Part shown: piece by piece, positions 30,791 through 41,591 of the stretch
Layout: each line of letters starts with the position of its first letter
How positions within the stretch are numbered: position 1 is the stretch's first letter
Assembly: GCA_949290395.1 (NCBI GenBank)
Contig: CASERQ010000002.1
Coordinates: 130,727 to 194,726, forward strand
Length of the DNA: 64,000 nucleotides
DNA from: an uncultured bacterium
Lineage (GTDB): Bacteria > Bacillota_I > Bacilli_A > RFN20 > CAG-826
Direction: 5' to 3'
The notes under the pieces: model-generated
Seen by the model: the letters and a program-made list of their open reading frames with translations, nothing else
The model's database searches: none
What the model was told of the DNA's origin: nothing
Made by a program: the position numbers and the translations under genes

Positions 30791-32646
30791 ACGGTAGCTT
30801 ATTCGATTTAGCAAACGATATATTAAAAAGTGCCGACATAGTAGAAGTAATTTCTCACTATATTAAAGTAGAGAAAAAAGGTAGAAATTATACTGCACTA
30901 TGTCCTTTTCACAATGACCAATCTTTAGGCAGTTTTTATATTTCTAAAGAAAAAGGTATTTTCAAATGCTTTTCTTGCGACGCAGGTGGCAATGCTATTA
31001 ACTTTGTTCAAAGAATCGAAAATTTGTCATATCGAGAAGCGGTTTTAAAAACTGCTGAAATTATTGGCTATCAAGATAATCGACTTTTAGAAATTAACGC
31101 AAAAAGAGTTATTGACCCTGAAATCAAAGCATTACAAGATTGTCTTGCAGAAATTTCTAACTTTTACGAAAACAGTTTATTTTTAACTGAAAACGGAAAA
31201 GAAGCATTAAATTATCTTCATAATCGCGGATTAAGTGATGATATTATTAGAAAATTTAAAATTGGATTTGCTCAAGACAAAGGCGAAAACTTAATTGAAT
31301 ATTTAAAATCAAAAAATTTTTCTATTAAAACTATTGCTGATACAGGAATTATCAACCCAAATATTACTCCTTATCGAGATATTAATGCTGGACGTATAAC
31401 TTTTGCGATTACTGATAACAACAACAACGTTGTCGGATTTAGTTGTCGAAAGTTTAGAGAAAGTGATCAATCAAATTCCAAATACATAAACACATCTTCA
31501 ACAAAATTATTTAATAAAGGAAATATTCTCTATAACTTTTATAACGCACTAGTTGAAGCTAAAAAAGTAGGCTATGTTTATGTCTTAGAGGGATTTATGG
31601 ATGTAATTGCATGTTATCGAGTTGGAATAAAAGCAGCAGTTGGTTTAATGGGAACTGCTTTATCAAAAGATAACTTGCAATCATTACGCTATCTAAACTG
31701 TGAAATTAGATTATGTCTTGATTTAGATTCACCAGGACAAATGAACATGCTAAGTATTAGCGATGCTTTAGATGGATCCAATATTAAATATCGATTAGTT
31801 AATAACAGTGTTGATTTTAAAGAAAAAGATTCTGATGAAATTCTTAAAATACATGGTGAAGAAAAATTAAGAGAGTATTTATCTAATTTATTAACTAAGG
31901 GCGAGTGGTTAATTAATTATTATAAAAATAAAGTTAATCTTGAGACTCTTGATGGTAAAAAGAAACTTGTTAATGGATTAATGCCATTCTTATCGACTCT
32001 AAAAGAAGAGCTTGATATCAATTATTATATTAATTTATTAACAAATTTAACTGGGTATAGTTTCGAAGCAATTTACAAAGCTCTACAAAGATATAACAAA
32101 AAACTCGACAAAAAAGATGAAGATGCATATAATTCACTTTTAATTTCCAACAAAAGTGCGCCTCAAGTTGTATTAAGTAGGTTGCAATTAGCTGAAAAAC
32201 AAGTGATTAAATATATGCTTGAAAATCAAGATGTAATAAAAAGCTATGATCTTAAACTAGGTTATTTCTCTACACCTATTTATAGAGAAGTAGCAAACGT
32301 AATTGAAGATTATGTATCTCATATACGAGATGATGAAGACTATAATATCAAAAATATTATGGCATTCTTAACAAGTGATGAATTTGAGAATAAAAATAAA
32401 GACAAAATTATCTCTCAAATTACAGATATTGCAATTGATGATTTCAAAGTTCCGCCCTACACACCAAGTCAGTTTAATGATTTAGTTGAAACTATTAATA
32501 GGGAAAGAGTTGAAAGTCAGACTTACGATGTCTATAAAAATTCTTCGTTAAATAAAACAGAACAAGAAAAAGCTGAATATGCCAAAGCTTGTTTTGCAAA
32601 GTTAAAATCAATTATAGAAGAAGATGATAAGAAAAGGAGATCTTAA
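30787..32646 (+). CDS. dnaG: DNA primase
   Basis: Zinc ribbon [12 protein letters not shown]...CFSCDAGG; TOPRIM (EGFMDV). Confidence 0.93.
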   Translation: MNGSLFDLANDILKSADIVEVISHYIKVEKKGRNYTALCPFHNDQSLGSFYISKEKGIFKCFSCDAGGNAINFVQRIENLSYREAVLKTAEIIGYQDNRLLEINAKRVIDPEIKALQDCLAEISNFYENSLFLTENGKEALNYLHNRGLSDDIIRKFKIGFAQDKGENLIEYLKSKNFSIKTIADTGIINPNITPYRDINAGRITFAITDNNNNVVGFSCRKFRESDQSNSKYINTSSTKLFNKGNILYNFYNALVEAKKVGYVYVLEGFMDVIACYRVGIKAAVGLMGTALSKDNLQSLRYLNCEIRLCLDLDSPGQMNMLSISDALDGSNIKYRLVNNSVDFKEKDSDEILKIHGEEKLREYLSNLLTKGEWLINYYKNKVNLETLDGKKKLVNGLMPFLSTLKEELDINYYINLLTNLTGYSFEAIYKALQRYNKKLDKKDEDAYNSLLISNKSAPQVVLSRLQLAEKQVIKYMLENQDVIKSYDLKLGYFSTPIYREVANVIEDYVSHIRDDEDYNIKNIMAFLTSDEFENKNKDKIISQITDIAIDDFKVPPYTPSQFNDLVETINRERVESQTYDVYKNSSLNKTEQEKAEYAKACFAKLKSIIEEDDKKRRS

Positions 32647-32647
32647 A

Positions 32648-33913
32648 ATGGAAAGAAAAACTAAAAAATCAAAAAAAGACGAAATTAAGATTAATGAAGT
32701 TTCCGAAGAAGGTTTAATCGAACTTGACGATTATATTCCAAGCGATGAAAAGGAAAATTTATTAACTTTAGACGAAATCGTAAAAAAATTCGAACAAGAA
32801 AATAAAGATACAAAGTTTATTGACCAAGACCAATTCTTTGATGAAACTTCCTACCTTGATTTAACTGAAGAAGACTACGAAAAAGTTTTTAATCACTTTA
32901 AAAGCCTTGGTTATGATGTAGCTGGAAGCAAAGACAATGATTTCGATGATGCTGATATGCCAGAAGATTTTAATGAAGAAGACATCGAAGATGATTTTAA
33001 TGACGACTTTGATGGTGAAGAAGGTTCTTCAGAAAGCAATTTAGATATCAATAACCTTGATAATTTAGATTCTACTGAAGTTAAAGTTAACGATAGCGTC
33101 AAGCAATATTTAAAGGAAATTGGCCGTGTTCCATTACTTAAACCAAAAGAAGAAACTGAACTTGCTAAAAGAATTGCAGCAGGAGACAAAAGAGCAAAAG
33201 ATCAACTTATTAATGCTAATTTACGTCTTGTTGTTTCTATTGCTAAACACTATATTGGCCGTGGAATGCAATTTTTAGACTTAATTTCTGAAGGAAATTT
33301 AGGTTTGATCAAAGCTGTTGAAAAATTTGACTACAAAAAAGGATTTAAATTCTCGACATATGCAACTTGGTGGATTAGACAAGCTATTACAAGAGCAATT
33401 GCTGACCAAGCAAGAACTATTAGAATCCCAGTTCACATGGTTGAAACAATTAATAAAATCACCCGTGTTCAAAGACAACTTGTCCAAGAATTAGGAAGAG
33501 AACCAACTGCAGAAGAGATTTCTAAGAAAATGGATGGAAGTTTAACTCCAGATAGAATTCGAGAGATTATTTCTCTTGCACTAGAACCTGTTTCTCTTGA
33601 AAGCCCAATTGGTGAAGAAGATGATAGCCACTTAGGTGATTTCGTTGAAGATAAAGAAAGTGTATCTCCAACTGAATTTACAAGAAAATCATTAAATCGT
33701 GATGCTTTATTCTCTGTAATGAACGATTTAACAGATCGTGAAGAAAGAGTTTTGCGTTTAAGATATGGTCTAGATGATAATAGACCAAGAACTTTAGAGG
33801 AAGTTGGTAAGGAATTTGGTGTTACAAGAGAAAGAATTAGACAAATTGAAGCTAAAGCTATTCGTAAATTAAGACACCCAACAAGAACTAAAAAATTAGA
33901 TGATTTACATTAA
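32648..33913 (+). CDS. rpoD: RNA polymerase primary sigma factor
   Basis: Acidic region 1.1; region 2 ([14 protein letters not shown]); region 4 HTH; start at MERK after AGGAG (track ORF 32624). Confidence 0.95.
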   Translation: MERKTKKSKKDEIKINEVSEEGLIELDDYIPSDEKENLLTLDEIVKKFEQENKDTKFIDQDQFFDETSYLDLTEEDYEKVFNHFKSLGYDVAGSKDNDFDDADMPEDFNEEDIEDDFNDDFDGEEGSSESNLDINNLDNLDSTEVKVNDSVKQYLKEIGRVPLLKPKEETELAKRIAAGDKRAKDQLINANLRLVVSIAKHYIGRGMQFLDLISEGNLGLIKAVEKFDYKKGFKFSTYATWWIRQAITRAIADQARTIRIPVHMVETINKITRVQRQLVQELGREPTAEEISKKMDGSLTPDRIREIISLALEPVSLESPIGEEDDSHLGDFVEDKESVSPTEFTRKSLNRDALFSVMNDLTDREERVLRLRYGLDDNRPRTLEEVGKEFGVTRERIRQIEAKAIRKLRHPTRTKKLDDLH

Positions 33914-33916
33914 TAA

Positions 33917-34573
33917 ATGATTTCAAAAAGACTAAACAAAATAGGTAGTTTTATTAAAGACGACCATGATGTTTCCGATATTGGAAGCGATCATGGTCTT
34001 CTTTTGGTTTTACTAAATCAAAAAGATTTTAAACATAATGTTTTAGGCGTAGAAAATAAGATTGGACCATATAAAAATTTAGAAAAAACTGTTTTATCAA
34101 TTAATAAAGAAAATTTTAAATCAGTATTAGGCGATGGACTAGAAATAGTACCAGAAAACTATAAAACCATTGTTATTGCCGGCATGGGCTTTAATAACAT
34201 CAAAAATATTGTATTAAATGACTTAAAAAAAGGTTTTAAAAGACAAAAATTTATAATTGATTGCCATACAAGCCAAAAAGAAGTTCGTGGTTTTTTCGTT
34301 AGTTTGGGTTATTCAATTGAAAATGAAGCCATTGTCTTCGAAGATTCAATTTATTATGATATCATCGTTTTCTCTTTATCTGATTCTAAAAAATACACAG
34401 ATATTGAACTTGAATTTGGGCCTTTTAATATAGAGAAAAAAGAAGAATTATTTATTCAAAGATATAATTCTGAACTAGAAAAACTTAAAGAGTTATACAA
34501 TAAAATTGATAATTTAGATAGAAAAAATGAATTAAGCAAAGAAATAACAAAATTGGAGGAAATTTTAAAATGA
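33917..34573 (+). CDS. trmK: tRNA (adenine22-N1)-methyltransferase TrmK
   Basis: DIGSDHGLL N-terminal SAM MTase motif; follows sigA as yqfN does in B. subtilis. Confidence 0.75.
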   Translation: MISKRLNKIGSFIKDDHDVSDIGSDHGLLLVLLNQKDFKHNVLGVENKIGPYKNLEKTVLSINKENFKSVLGDGLEIVPENYKTIVIAGMGFNNIKNIVLNDLKKGFKRQKFIIDCHTSQKEVRGFFVSLGYSIENEAIVFEDSIYYDIIVFSLSDSKKYTDIELEFGPFNIEKKEELFIQRYNSELEKLKELYNKIDNLDRKNELSKEITKLEEILK

Positions 34574-35352
34574 ATACAAAAATCATGCTAAAAAAACTTG
34601 CAAAGTTTTTTCCAAAATCATTAGCAGAAAGTTATGATCACGTTGGATTACAATGTGGCGTATTAAAGGAAGAAACAAACTGTGTCCTTCTTTGCTTAGA
34701 TTATGATGAGGATGTATATCAATACATTATCGATAATGGTTTAGATAAAAAGATTGATATGATTATTTCTCATCACCCATTTATTTTCGGAACAAGGGCA
34801 AAAGTCTTAAAAAATGATCCACTTAAAAAAGAGTTATATGATAAAACCTTAGCTTTAAACATACCAGTATATAGTTACCACACAAACTTCGATAGTGGTA
34901 AAAACGGTATGAATGAAGCTCTTGTAGCTGAACTTGGTCTTGCTAATGCTCATCAATTAGAAACTGAACCAATGGCGAGAGGCGGCGAACTTGAAGAAGA
35001 AATGGAAGTTCATGATTTTGCTAAATATGCCATGGATAAATTGCATGTTAATTATGGACTTTTAATTAATGAAGGTAAAAAGAACATAAAAAAAGTAGCC
35101 ATCATTGGCGGAGGTGGATGGTCATCCTACCTTGCAGCAAAGAATGAAGGCTACGATATTTATATCAGTGGTGATATTCCACATCATGGAAGACGTGGAG
35201 TAGTTGCAAACAAATATAACTATTTGGATTTGCCTCATGAGATTGAGAAAATCTTCATGAAGCAATTCAAGAAAGTTTTACTTTCTATAAACGCTGAATT
35301 TGAGATTTTAGATGTTGATCAAGAAGATCTTCCTGAATTCCTTTGTATCTAA
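34570..35352 (+). CDS. Nif3-family dinuclear metal centre protein (YqfO-like)
   Basis: 260 aa; HHP...H metal motifs (ISHHPFIF, HTNFD, HHG); synteny with trmK. Confidence 0.8.
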   Translation: MNTKIMLKKLAKFFPKSLAESYDHVGLQCGVLKEETNCVLLCLDYDEDVYQYIIDNGLDKKIDMIISHHPFIFGTRAKVLKNDPLKKELYDKTLALNIPVYSYHTNFDSGKNGMNEALVAELGLANAHQLETEPMARGGELEEEMEVHDFAKYAMDKLHVNYGLLINEGKKNIKKVAIIGGGGWSSYLAAKNEGYDIYISGDIPHHGRRGVVANKYNYLDLPHEIEKIFMKQFKKVLLSINAEFEILDVDQEDLPEFLCI

Positions 35353-36226
35353 AGTAATTATAGATATCTTCAATTCCTTTTCTTGAAACACTACCATCAG
35401 ATATTAAATAAATTTTCTTGTCATTTGGTATTTTAAGAGATAGTGCTTCTTGAACATTAGAAATAGTAGCATATAGTACATTTTTAGTAGTTAAGTGGTA
35501 GTATTCTAGTAAGAATTTATCACTTTTTTTAGTGGAACTAACTATAAGTAATACATCGCCATTCTTAATCTTTTCTAATAAAATCTTTTTCTTATCAAAA
35601 TTTTCATCACTTAATTGATTATTAACAGTGACTTTGTCTAAATAACTTTTAATTTTAAATAATGCACTTGATAAAGTTTCATTAGCAATTTCGCTTTGAT
35701 AAATAATCTCGTTTTTACTCTTATTTAATCTTTTTGTAAAGATTGAACTATTTAAATTATTTTCATTATTAGCCAAATCATATAAAAAGAAGTTGTGATT
35801 GGTAACTGAAGCTAAATAACTTTCTTCGATTGTATTTGAATTACCAACATAAATGATTTTTTTACCAAATCTTGCTTTTTTAATGGCTTTAACTTTTTCT
35901 ATAGTAACAGGGGATGTTGCATCAAAATAAAGAATCTTTCTTTTATTCATTATTTTAAATAATTTATCTTCTGTTCCGTAAGGAGAAGTTATAACTAGAG
36001 TGTCTTTATCCAAATTATTTAAATAGTCAGCAAAACCTTCGTAAGGAATATCAACAATATCAATATTCAATCTGAAAAGTTCATTTTTTACTTGTTCGCC
36101 ATTTAAAACACTTCCAAGAAGAACTATTTTAGAGCTTGGAAAAGAGTAACGAGCTTTTGTCGCGACATCTAATAAATTAGCTAATGTCTTTGAATAACCA
36201 CATGGTTCAATAATTTCTATATCCAT
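35285..36226 (-). CDS. IspH/LytB-fold protein, catalytically degenerate (no 4Fe-4S ligands)
   Basis: Collinear with B. subtilis IspH over the full 313 aa (FDATSPVT vs IDATCPDV; IIYVGNSNTIEES vs VIYIGKKNHPEPEG; VLLIVSSTKKSDKF vs LTIVVGDPKSNNSNRL; ISDGSVS vs VTAGAST); only one Cys, at residue 9 where IspH has Arg, and the canonical Cys12 position is Ser. Confidence 0.75.
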   Translation of the reverse strand: MDIEIIEPCGYSKTLANLLDVATKARYSFPSSKIVLLGSVLNGEQVKNELFRLNIDIVDIPYEGFADYLNNLDKDTLVITSPYGTEDKLFKIMNKRKILYFDATSPVTIEKVKAIKKARFGKKIIYVGNSNTIEESYLASVTNHNFFLYDLANNENNLNSSIFTKRLNKSKNEIIYQSEIANETLSSALFKIKSYLDKVTVNNQLSDENFDKKKILLEKIKNGDVLLIVSSTKKSDKFLLEYYHLTTKNVLYATISNVQEALSLKIPNDKKIYLISDGSVSRKGIEDIYNYFRYKGIQEDLLDQHLKSQIQRL

Positions 36227-36282
36227 GGGAATATTCTAACATTTATGATGAAAAAGTGGCACAAATTATATAAAATTACGCT

Positions 36283-37647
36283 ATGCAATTTAAAAGTTAT
36301 AACTTAAATAAAGATTTAATTCGAATTTTAGAAGAAAAAGGCTACAAGGATTTAACAAAAATTCAAGAACTCGTCATCCCGAAGGCTTTAAAAGGCGAAA
36401 ACATTATCGCTAAGAGTGAAACCGGAAGTGGTAAAACACATTCTTTTATTGTCCCTATAATCAATAACGTTGTCATTGATGGTACTTTGCAAGCAATTAT
36501 TTTAGCTCCTACAAAAGAGTTAGCTAGGCAAACTTTTGATTTTATTAATGAAATCATTAACGAAGAACCATTTAACAAAATTAAATGTAAGTTATTTACT
36601 AGTGGTGAAGATCAGACTAAAGATCTTAAATCTTTCCTTAATGGAGCAGAAATTATAGTTGCTACACCAGGAAAATTGAATTTCTTGTTAAATGCTGCAA
36701 CAACTGATTTATCAACATTAAAAACTTTAGTCTTAGATGAAGCAGATATGCTTATAGATAAAACATTTATCGACGATATCGATAAAATATTCGAGAAAGT
36801 AAATAAAAGTATTATTCAAGTTGAAGTTTTTAGCGCAACAATCTCAAAAAGTGTTAATGATTTCTTAAGAAAATTCATTTCTCCAGATTACACACTTACT
36901 GTTGATGAAAAGAACAAATCTAATAAAAACGTTTCTCACTATTTCATTAATACAAAGCATCAAGACAAATATGAATTACTTTTAAGATTTATCGAAATCA
37001 AAAACCCTTACTTACTATTTGTTTTCGGCAATTCTAAAACGGAAGCTAAAAATATCTATGAGTTTTTGTATAACAACAAATATAAATGCGGACTCATAAG
37101 TGGCGAATTAGATAAGAGAGAGCGTCGTTCAATGTTAAGACGAATAAAGAACGACGAATTTAGAATTGTTGTTTGTACAGATCTTGCAGCAAGAGGATTA
37201 GATATTGATGATGTTAGTGAAGTTTTAAATTTCAACATTCCCAATAATCTTGAATATTATTACCATAGAGCAGGAAGAACGGGTAGAATCGGTAAAACTG
37301 GAGAGTGTTACTCATTCTACGATAACGATTCAATTACGCTACCTTTAAAATTAAAAGCAGAAGGACTTGAAGTTAAATATTTGAAATTCTCTAATGGCGA
37401 ACTTATCCAAGACAACTCATTAGAGAAAAACTTTAAGCGCCGTAAAACTAATAACAATGTTGAATTAGAAAAGGAAATTAAAAAAGCAAAAAGTTTTGCA
37501 ATGGGTGATAAAGTAAAGCCGGGATATAAGAGAAAAGTTAAGACTGCTATTGATAAAGTTAAGAGAAAACACAAGAGAGAAGTAATCAAAAAAGACATTA
37601 GACGTCAAATGGTTGAAAGATATAAAAGAGAGGCCTTAGAAAAATAA
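36283..37647 (+). CDS. cshB: DEAD-box ATP-dependent RNA helicase (CshB-like)
   Basis: Q motif; SETGSGKT; DEAD; SAT; HRAGRTGR; basic C-terminal tail. Confidence 0.88.
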   Translation: MQFKSYNLNKDLIRILEEKGYKDLTKIQELVIPKALKGENIIAKSETGSGKTHSFIVPIINNVVIDGTLQAIILAPTKELARQTFDFINEIINEEPFNKIKCKLFTSGEDQTKDLKSFLNGAEIIVATPGKLNFLLNAATTDLSTLKTLVLDEADMLIDKTFIDDIDKIFEKVNKSIIQVEVFSATISKSVNDFLRKFISPDYTLTVDEKNKSNKNVSHYFINTKHQDKYELLLRFIEIKNPYLLFVFGNSKTEAKNIYEFLYNNKYKCGLISGELDKRERRSMLRRIKNDEFRIVVCTDLAARGLDIDDVSEVLNFNIPNNLEYYYHRAGRTGRIGKTGECYSFYDNDSITLPLKLKAEGLEVKYLKFSNGELIQDNSLEKNFKRRKTNNNVELEKEIKKAKSFAMGDKVKPGYKRKVKTAIDKVKRKHKREVIKKDIRRQMVERYKREALEK

Positions 37648-37659
37648 ATTTCTAAGGCC
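37632..37659. terminator. bidirectional rho-independent terminator between cshB and ispG
   Basis: GGCCTTAGAAA-AATAAA-TTTCTAAGGCC, 11-bp stem containing the cshB stop codon, with U-tracts on both strands. Confidence 0.75.
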
Positions 37660-37709
37660 TTTATATTTCTTTAGTATAAAATTAGTAATTATTTAGTTAA
37701 TTAATAGTA

Positions 37710-38780
37710 TTAAAAATCATCAATTATCTTAAATAATTCTTCTAAAACATTCTCTGCTTTAGTCGTTTTTAACACCTGTCCCTTAGAGAATATTTGGTAC
37801 ATTCCATTGCCGCCAGCTATTCCAATGTCAGCAGATTTACCTTCACCAATTCCATTGACAATGCAGCCCATTACAGCCACTGTTAGATACTTTTTGTTCT
37901 TAATTAGATAATCTAAAATCGCATCTGCAATCTTTGCTGTATCTTGAACCATGCATCTTCCACAAGTAGGGCAAGTGATAATTGTTGGATAATCTTTGTA
38001 CAAACCCAAATCGTGCAAAAGTCTGACACATGTTTTTATTTCTTTTTGAGGGTTATGAGTTAATGAAATTCGCATTGTCGAACCGATACCATCCAATAAC
38101 AATGGAGATAAAGCACTTACTGATCTAATAATTCCAATTTCATCATAGCCACTTTCGGTAACACCTATGTGTAATGGATAATTAGTGTTTTCCGCCATCA
38201 GACGGTAAGCTTTTATTGTCAGAAGTGGATTTGAAGCTTTTACACTAATAACTAATTTTTTAAAACCATACTTTTCAAACTTTTCAATATATTTTTTAGC
38301 GCTTAAAACAAGTTTTTCCTCTTCAGAAATATTGGAATTTATAAGATCTTTTTCTAGTGACCCCTTATTAACGCCGATTCTAATTGCTATATCGTATTCT
38401 TTAGCAATATCAATTAATTCTTTTAATTTTTCATCGCTTCCAATATTTCCAGGATTAATTCTAATTTTATCAGCACCATTTTGAATGGCTAAAATCCCTA
38501 AATTAGCATCAAAATGAATATCAGCAACTAAAGGAATGCTAATTTGTTTTTTAATTTCTTTTATAGCGTAAGCATCTTCTTTGTCAAAAACACTAACACG
38601 CATCATTTGTGCGCCTAAAGAAGTACATTCATTAATTTCTTTTACGACTGCATCGACTTTTGATGTTTTAACATCACACATCGATTGAATTATTACTTCG
38701 TTATTTCCACCAATTACAATATTTCCGACTTTTACTGGTATAGTTTTTTCTCTTGTATTCATATTAAAATTATTAAACAT
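37710..38780 (-). CDS. ispG: 4-hydroxy-3-methylbut-2-enyl diphosphate synthase IspG (GcpE), intact
   Basis: VADIHFD, RINPGNIG, VSVKAS; Fe-S ligands CPTCGR and MGCIVNG present. Confidence 0.95.
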   Translation of the reverse strand: MFNNFNMNTREKTIPVKVGNIVIGGNNEVIIQSMCDVKTSKVDAVVKEINECTSLGAQMMRVSVFDKEDAYAIKEIKKQISIPLVADIHFDANLGILAIQNGADKIRINPGNIGSDEKLKELIDIAKEYDIAIRIGVNKGSLEKDLINSNISEEEKLVLSAKKYIEKFEKYGFKKLVISVKASNPLLTIKAYRLMAENTNYPLHIGVTESGYDEIGIIRSVSALSPLLLDGIGSTMRISLTHNPQKEIKTCVRLLHDLGLYKDYPTIITCPTCGRCMVQDTAKIADAILDYLIKNKKYLTVAVMGCIVNGIGEGKSADIGIAGGNGMYQIFSKGQVLKTTKAENVLEELFKIIDDF

Positions 38781-38972
38781 TTAATTTTTAAAATCTATTA
38801 GAAATAAACTTATTAAGTACACTAATAGAAGAGCAAGTTATTGAAATTTATCCTACTAATTAGAAATAGAGATTTGTTCTCTTGTTATGCCTTTCATTAA
38901 CTTTAAAAAATGTAGAAATCAACAACCAAATGTGATATTATCACGTATGCATTAGCGAAAGGAGTTTTTAAT

Positions 38973-39122
38973 ATGCGTGATAACATTATATTAAAGTGTA
39001 CAGTTTGTGGCGAAGAACAATATATTACTTCTAAAAACAAAAAGAACAATCCTGATAGAATTGAAAAGAAAAAATATTGCCCACATTGTCAAAAAGTTCA
39101 AGTTTTTAAAGAAAAGAAATAA
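38973..39122 (+). CDS. rpmG: 50S ribosomal protein L33
   Basis: 49 aa, [17 protein letters not shown]...YCPHCQK zinc ribbon; GAAAGGAG RBS; below ORF-track cut-off. Confidence 0.9.
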   Translation: MRDNIILKCTVCGEEQYITSKNKKNNPDRIEKKKYCPHCQKVQVFKEKK

Positions 39123-39137
39123 ACTTTTTAATTTTAT

Positions 39138-39791
39138 ATGATCAAAACCTTCAGATTTGATACAGATAGAAATGAGTTTAGTGCCAATACATATGTTGTT
39201 GGAGAACCTGGTGGAAGATGTGTTGTTATTGATTTAGGTTCAACTCAAGATAGAGTTATAGAATTTATAAAAAATAACTTCTCATCATGTTCAGGAATCT
39301 TATTAACTCATGGACATTATGATCACATTAGAGGTATTAAAAAGTTTCTTGAAAATTTTAATTGCACGATTTTCGTACATCAAGATGAAAAAGAAGTACT
39401 CGAAAATCCAAAATTAAACATGTCCCATTACTCTGAAAAAGAAGATATCTCATATAATTATTCAAATATGTATTTATATGATGATGAAGATGAAATTGAT
39501 TTTAAAAACGGTTATATCTTTAAAGTAATAGCAACACCATTTCATACATTGGGGAGTTCTTGCTTCTTATGTGAGAAAGAAAACGCTTTATTTACAGGTG
39601 ATACACTATTTAAAGATTCAATAGGCAGAACCGATCTTCCTTTAGGTAATGAAAGGTTGATTAATCGAAGTTTATCTAAACTCTTGTTATTAGATGATAA
39701 TTTAAAAGTCTATCCAGGACATGGAGATGAGACTACTTTAAAAAGAGAAAAAGAAAAGAATTTATTTTTATCAAAAATAGAAAGGAAATGA
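39138..39791 (+). CDS. MBL-fold metallo-hydrolase (YqgX-like)
   Basis: THGHYDHI (HxHxDH) and downstream His/Asp ligands. Confidence 0.8.
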   Translation: MIKTFRFDTDRNEFSANTYVVGEPGGRCVVIDLGSTQDRVIEFIKNNFSSCSGILLTHGHYDHIRGIKKFLENFNCTIFVHQDEKEVLENPKLNMSHYSEKEDISYNYSNMYLYDDEDEIDFKNGYIFKVIATPFHTLGSSCFLCEKENALFTGDTLFKDSIGRTDLPLGNERLINRSLSKLLLLDDNLKVYPGHGDETTLKREKEKNLFLSKIERK

Positions 39792-39792
39792 T

Positions 39793-40350
39793 ATGAACGT
39801 TACAGAATTAAGACCAGGTAATTATTTTGAAGATGATGGTAATTTATATTATGTTATCGACATTTTATTAAACAAAACTGCCATGCGTAAAATGGTTGCT
39901 AAAGTTAAAGTTAAAAATGTTAGAACTGGAGCTATCACAGAATTAAGTGCTAATAGTGGTTACCAAGTTGATACCGTAAGATTAGATAAAAAGAAAATGA
40001 ATTATCTTTATGATAATGGTGATTTCTTAGTCTTTATGGACAATGAAACATATGAACAAGTCGAAATTCCAAAGACAAGACTTGAATGGGAAATCAAATT
40101 CTTAAAAGAAAATCAAGAAGTTGAAATTACTTCTTATGAAGATGAAATTTTAGGAATCAACTTACCAGCTAAAGTTACTTTACAAATTACACACTGCGAA
40201 CCAGCAGTTAGAGGTGATACAGTTAATAAAGCTATGAAAGACGCAACAGTCGAAACTGGTTTAAAAATCAGAGTTCCATTATTTATTAACGAAGGCGACA
40301 ACGTCCTTGTAAGAACCGATACTGGTGATTACGACGGAAGAGCCAACTAG
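39793..40350 (+). CDS. efp: elongation factor P
   Basis: 185 aa; KPG loop context (RPGNYFE...), three OB/KOW-like domains. Confidence 0.93.
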   Translation: MNVTELRPGNYFEDDGNLYYVIDILLNKTAMRKMVAKVKVKNVRTGAITELSANSGYQVDTVRLDKKKMNYLYDNGDFLVFMDNETYEQVEIPKTRLEWEIKFLKENQEVEITSYEDEILGINLPAKVTLQITHCEPAVRGDTVNKAMKDATVETGLKIRVPLFINEGDNVLVRTDTGDYDGRAN

Positions 40351-40365
40351 TTAAGGATACTTGAA

Positions 40366-40587
40366 ATGGTAGAAGGTTGGGTTGTTGCAGTAGCTTGCAT
40401 TGTTTGTGTTCTAGGCGGTTTAGTAATTGGATATTTTCTTTCAAGATATGTTTTCAAAAAACAACTCGAGAAAAATCCACCTATTAATGAAAATATGATT
40501 AGAGCTATGTATGCACAAATGGGTAGAAAACCAAGTGAAGCTCAAATCAGACAAGTCATGAACAGTGTAAGAAAACAACAAAAGTAG
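40366..40587 (+). CDS. UPF0154/YneF-family small membrane protein
   Basis: 73 aa; one N-terminal TM helix then a conserved basic tail. Confidence 0.7.
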   Translation: MVEGWVVAVACIVCVLGGLVIGYFLSRYVFKKQLEKNPPINENMIRAMYAQMGRKPSEAQIRQVMNSVRKQQK

Positions 40588-40607
40588 TAGAGTTAAAAGT
40601 CAATTAA

Positions 40608-40633
40608 AAACGCGATTGTTATCGCGTTTTTTT
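40608..40633 (+). terminator. rho-independent terminator after the efp-yneF unit
   Basis: AAACGCGAT-TGTT-ATCGCGTTT then TTTT. Confidence 0.85.
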
Positions 40634-40698
40634 AATGTCTAATAAAAATGTTGAAGTTTTCCACATATACTAGAAATGTACTAATTATCTACTAATTA

Positions 40699-41457
40699 TC
40701 ATTTCATCCATTTAATTTTGTTTTCTTCACCGTTTCTTAATTTAATAAGATTTGATCTATGTTTATAAACTAACAAGAACCAACCTAATGTCATAAAAAC
40801 TGGTAAATAAATACAAACATGAGGACCGTATTCGGAGAACATTAAGTAACCAGAAATGGTTGGTCCACAGAAAACATAAACTACATAAACAATCCATGAG
40901 AACAAAACAATTAATGCTGATGTAAAGATGGATGTTATAGATACAATTTTAGTCTTCTTTAAAGTAAGGAAGTAGGTTGCTCCAAAAATTGGAAACGCGG
41001 TCCAAGAAATAGAAATAATAAATCCAGCGAAAGTAGAAACAATTTTTCCGCCCTTAAATTTTAAGAAACAACTATAAGCATGGCCAACCATACATCCTAA
41101 AGCAACCAAATAGTACGTTAACTCCGCCAATGTGTTTCCTTGACCAAAAGCATTATATTCTCTATTTTCTCCTAACATTAAATTTATTGCAGGTTCACAA
41201 AAAGTAAAAATAGCATAAGTCACTAAAAAAGGAACGATAAGCTTTAGAAAATCTAAAGCTATAGTGGCAACTCCAGCACCTTTTGAGATAGTGCGTCCAA
41301 CATTTGTTCCTCCAGGATTATGGCTACCATAATCACGTGGGTCTTTTTTGTAAAATAATTTTGAAATAATCACGCTATTAGGAATACTTCCGAATAAATA
41401 TCCAACAGCAAAACAAGCTAATAATGTTAAAGTTCTATATAAAATTTCCATGCTCAT
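40699..41457 (-). CDS. plsY: glycerol-3-phosphate acyltransferase PlsY
   Basis: Polytopic membrane protein with GSHNPGGTN motif. Confidence 0.9.
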   Translation of the reverse strand: MSMEILYRTLTLLACFAVGYLFGSIPNSVIISKLFYKKDPRDYGSHNPGGTNVGRTISKGAGVATIALDFLKLIVPFLVTYAIFTFCEPAINLMLGENREYNAFGQGNTLAELTYYLVALGCMVGHAYSCFLKFKGGKIVSTFAGFIISISWTAFPIFGATYFLTLKKTKIVSITSIFTSALIVLFSWIVYVVYVFCGPTISGYLMFSEYGPHVCIYLPVFMTLGWFLLVYKHRSNLIKLRNGEENKIKWMK

Positions 41458-41591
41458 ATTTTACTAAAGTTTATAGGTTTTTACTATGCTCAAGAATAGG
41501 TTTAATGCATTTTTAATACCATGTTTTAAAGTGCCATATTAACGATATTTTTCTATAAAAAATGTTCTTTTTTTGATATAATTTCGCTTGT

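Noticed and set aside
35285-36226. My initial alignment of NVLYATISNVQEA to the IspH third-Cys motif ICYATTNRQEA
   Set aside because: The order of flanking motifs showed this was mis-registered; the segment aligns with the later AYRVADVSEIK region. The correct third-Cys region (NNQLSDENFDKKKIL) has no Cys either, so the conclusion holds.
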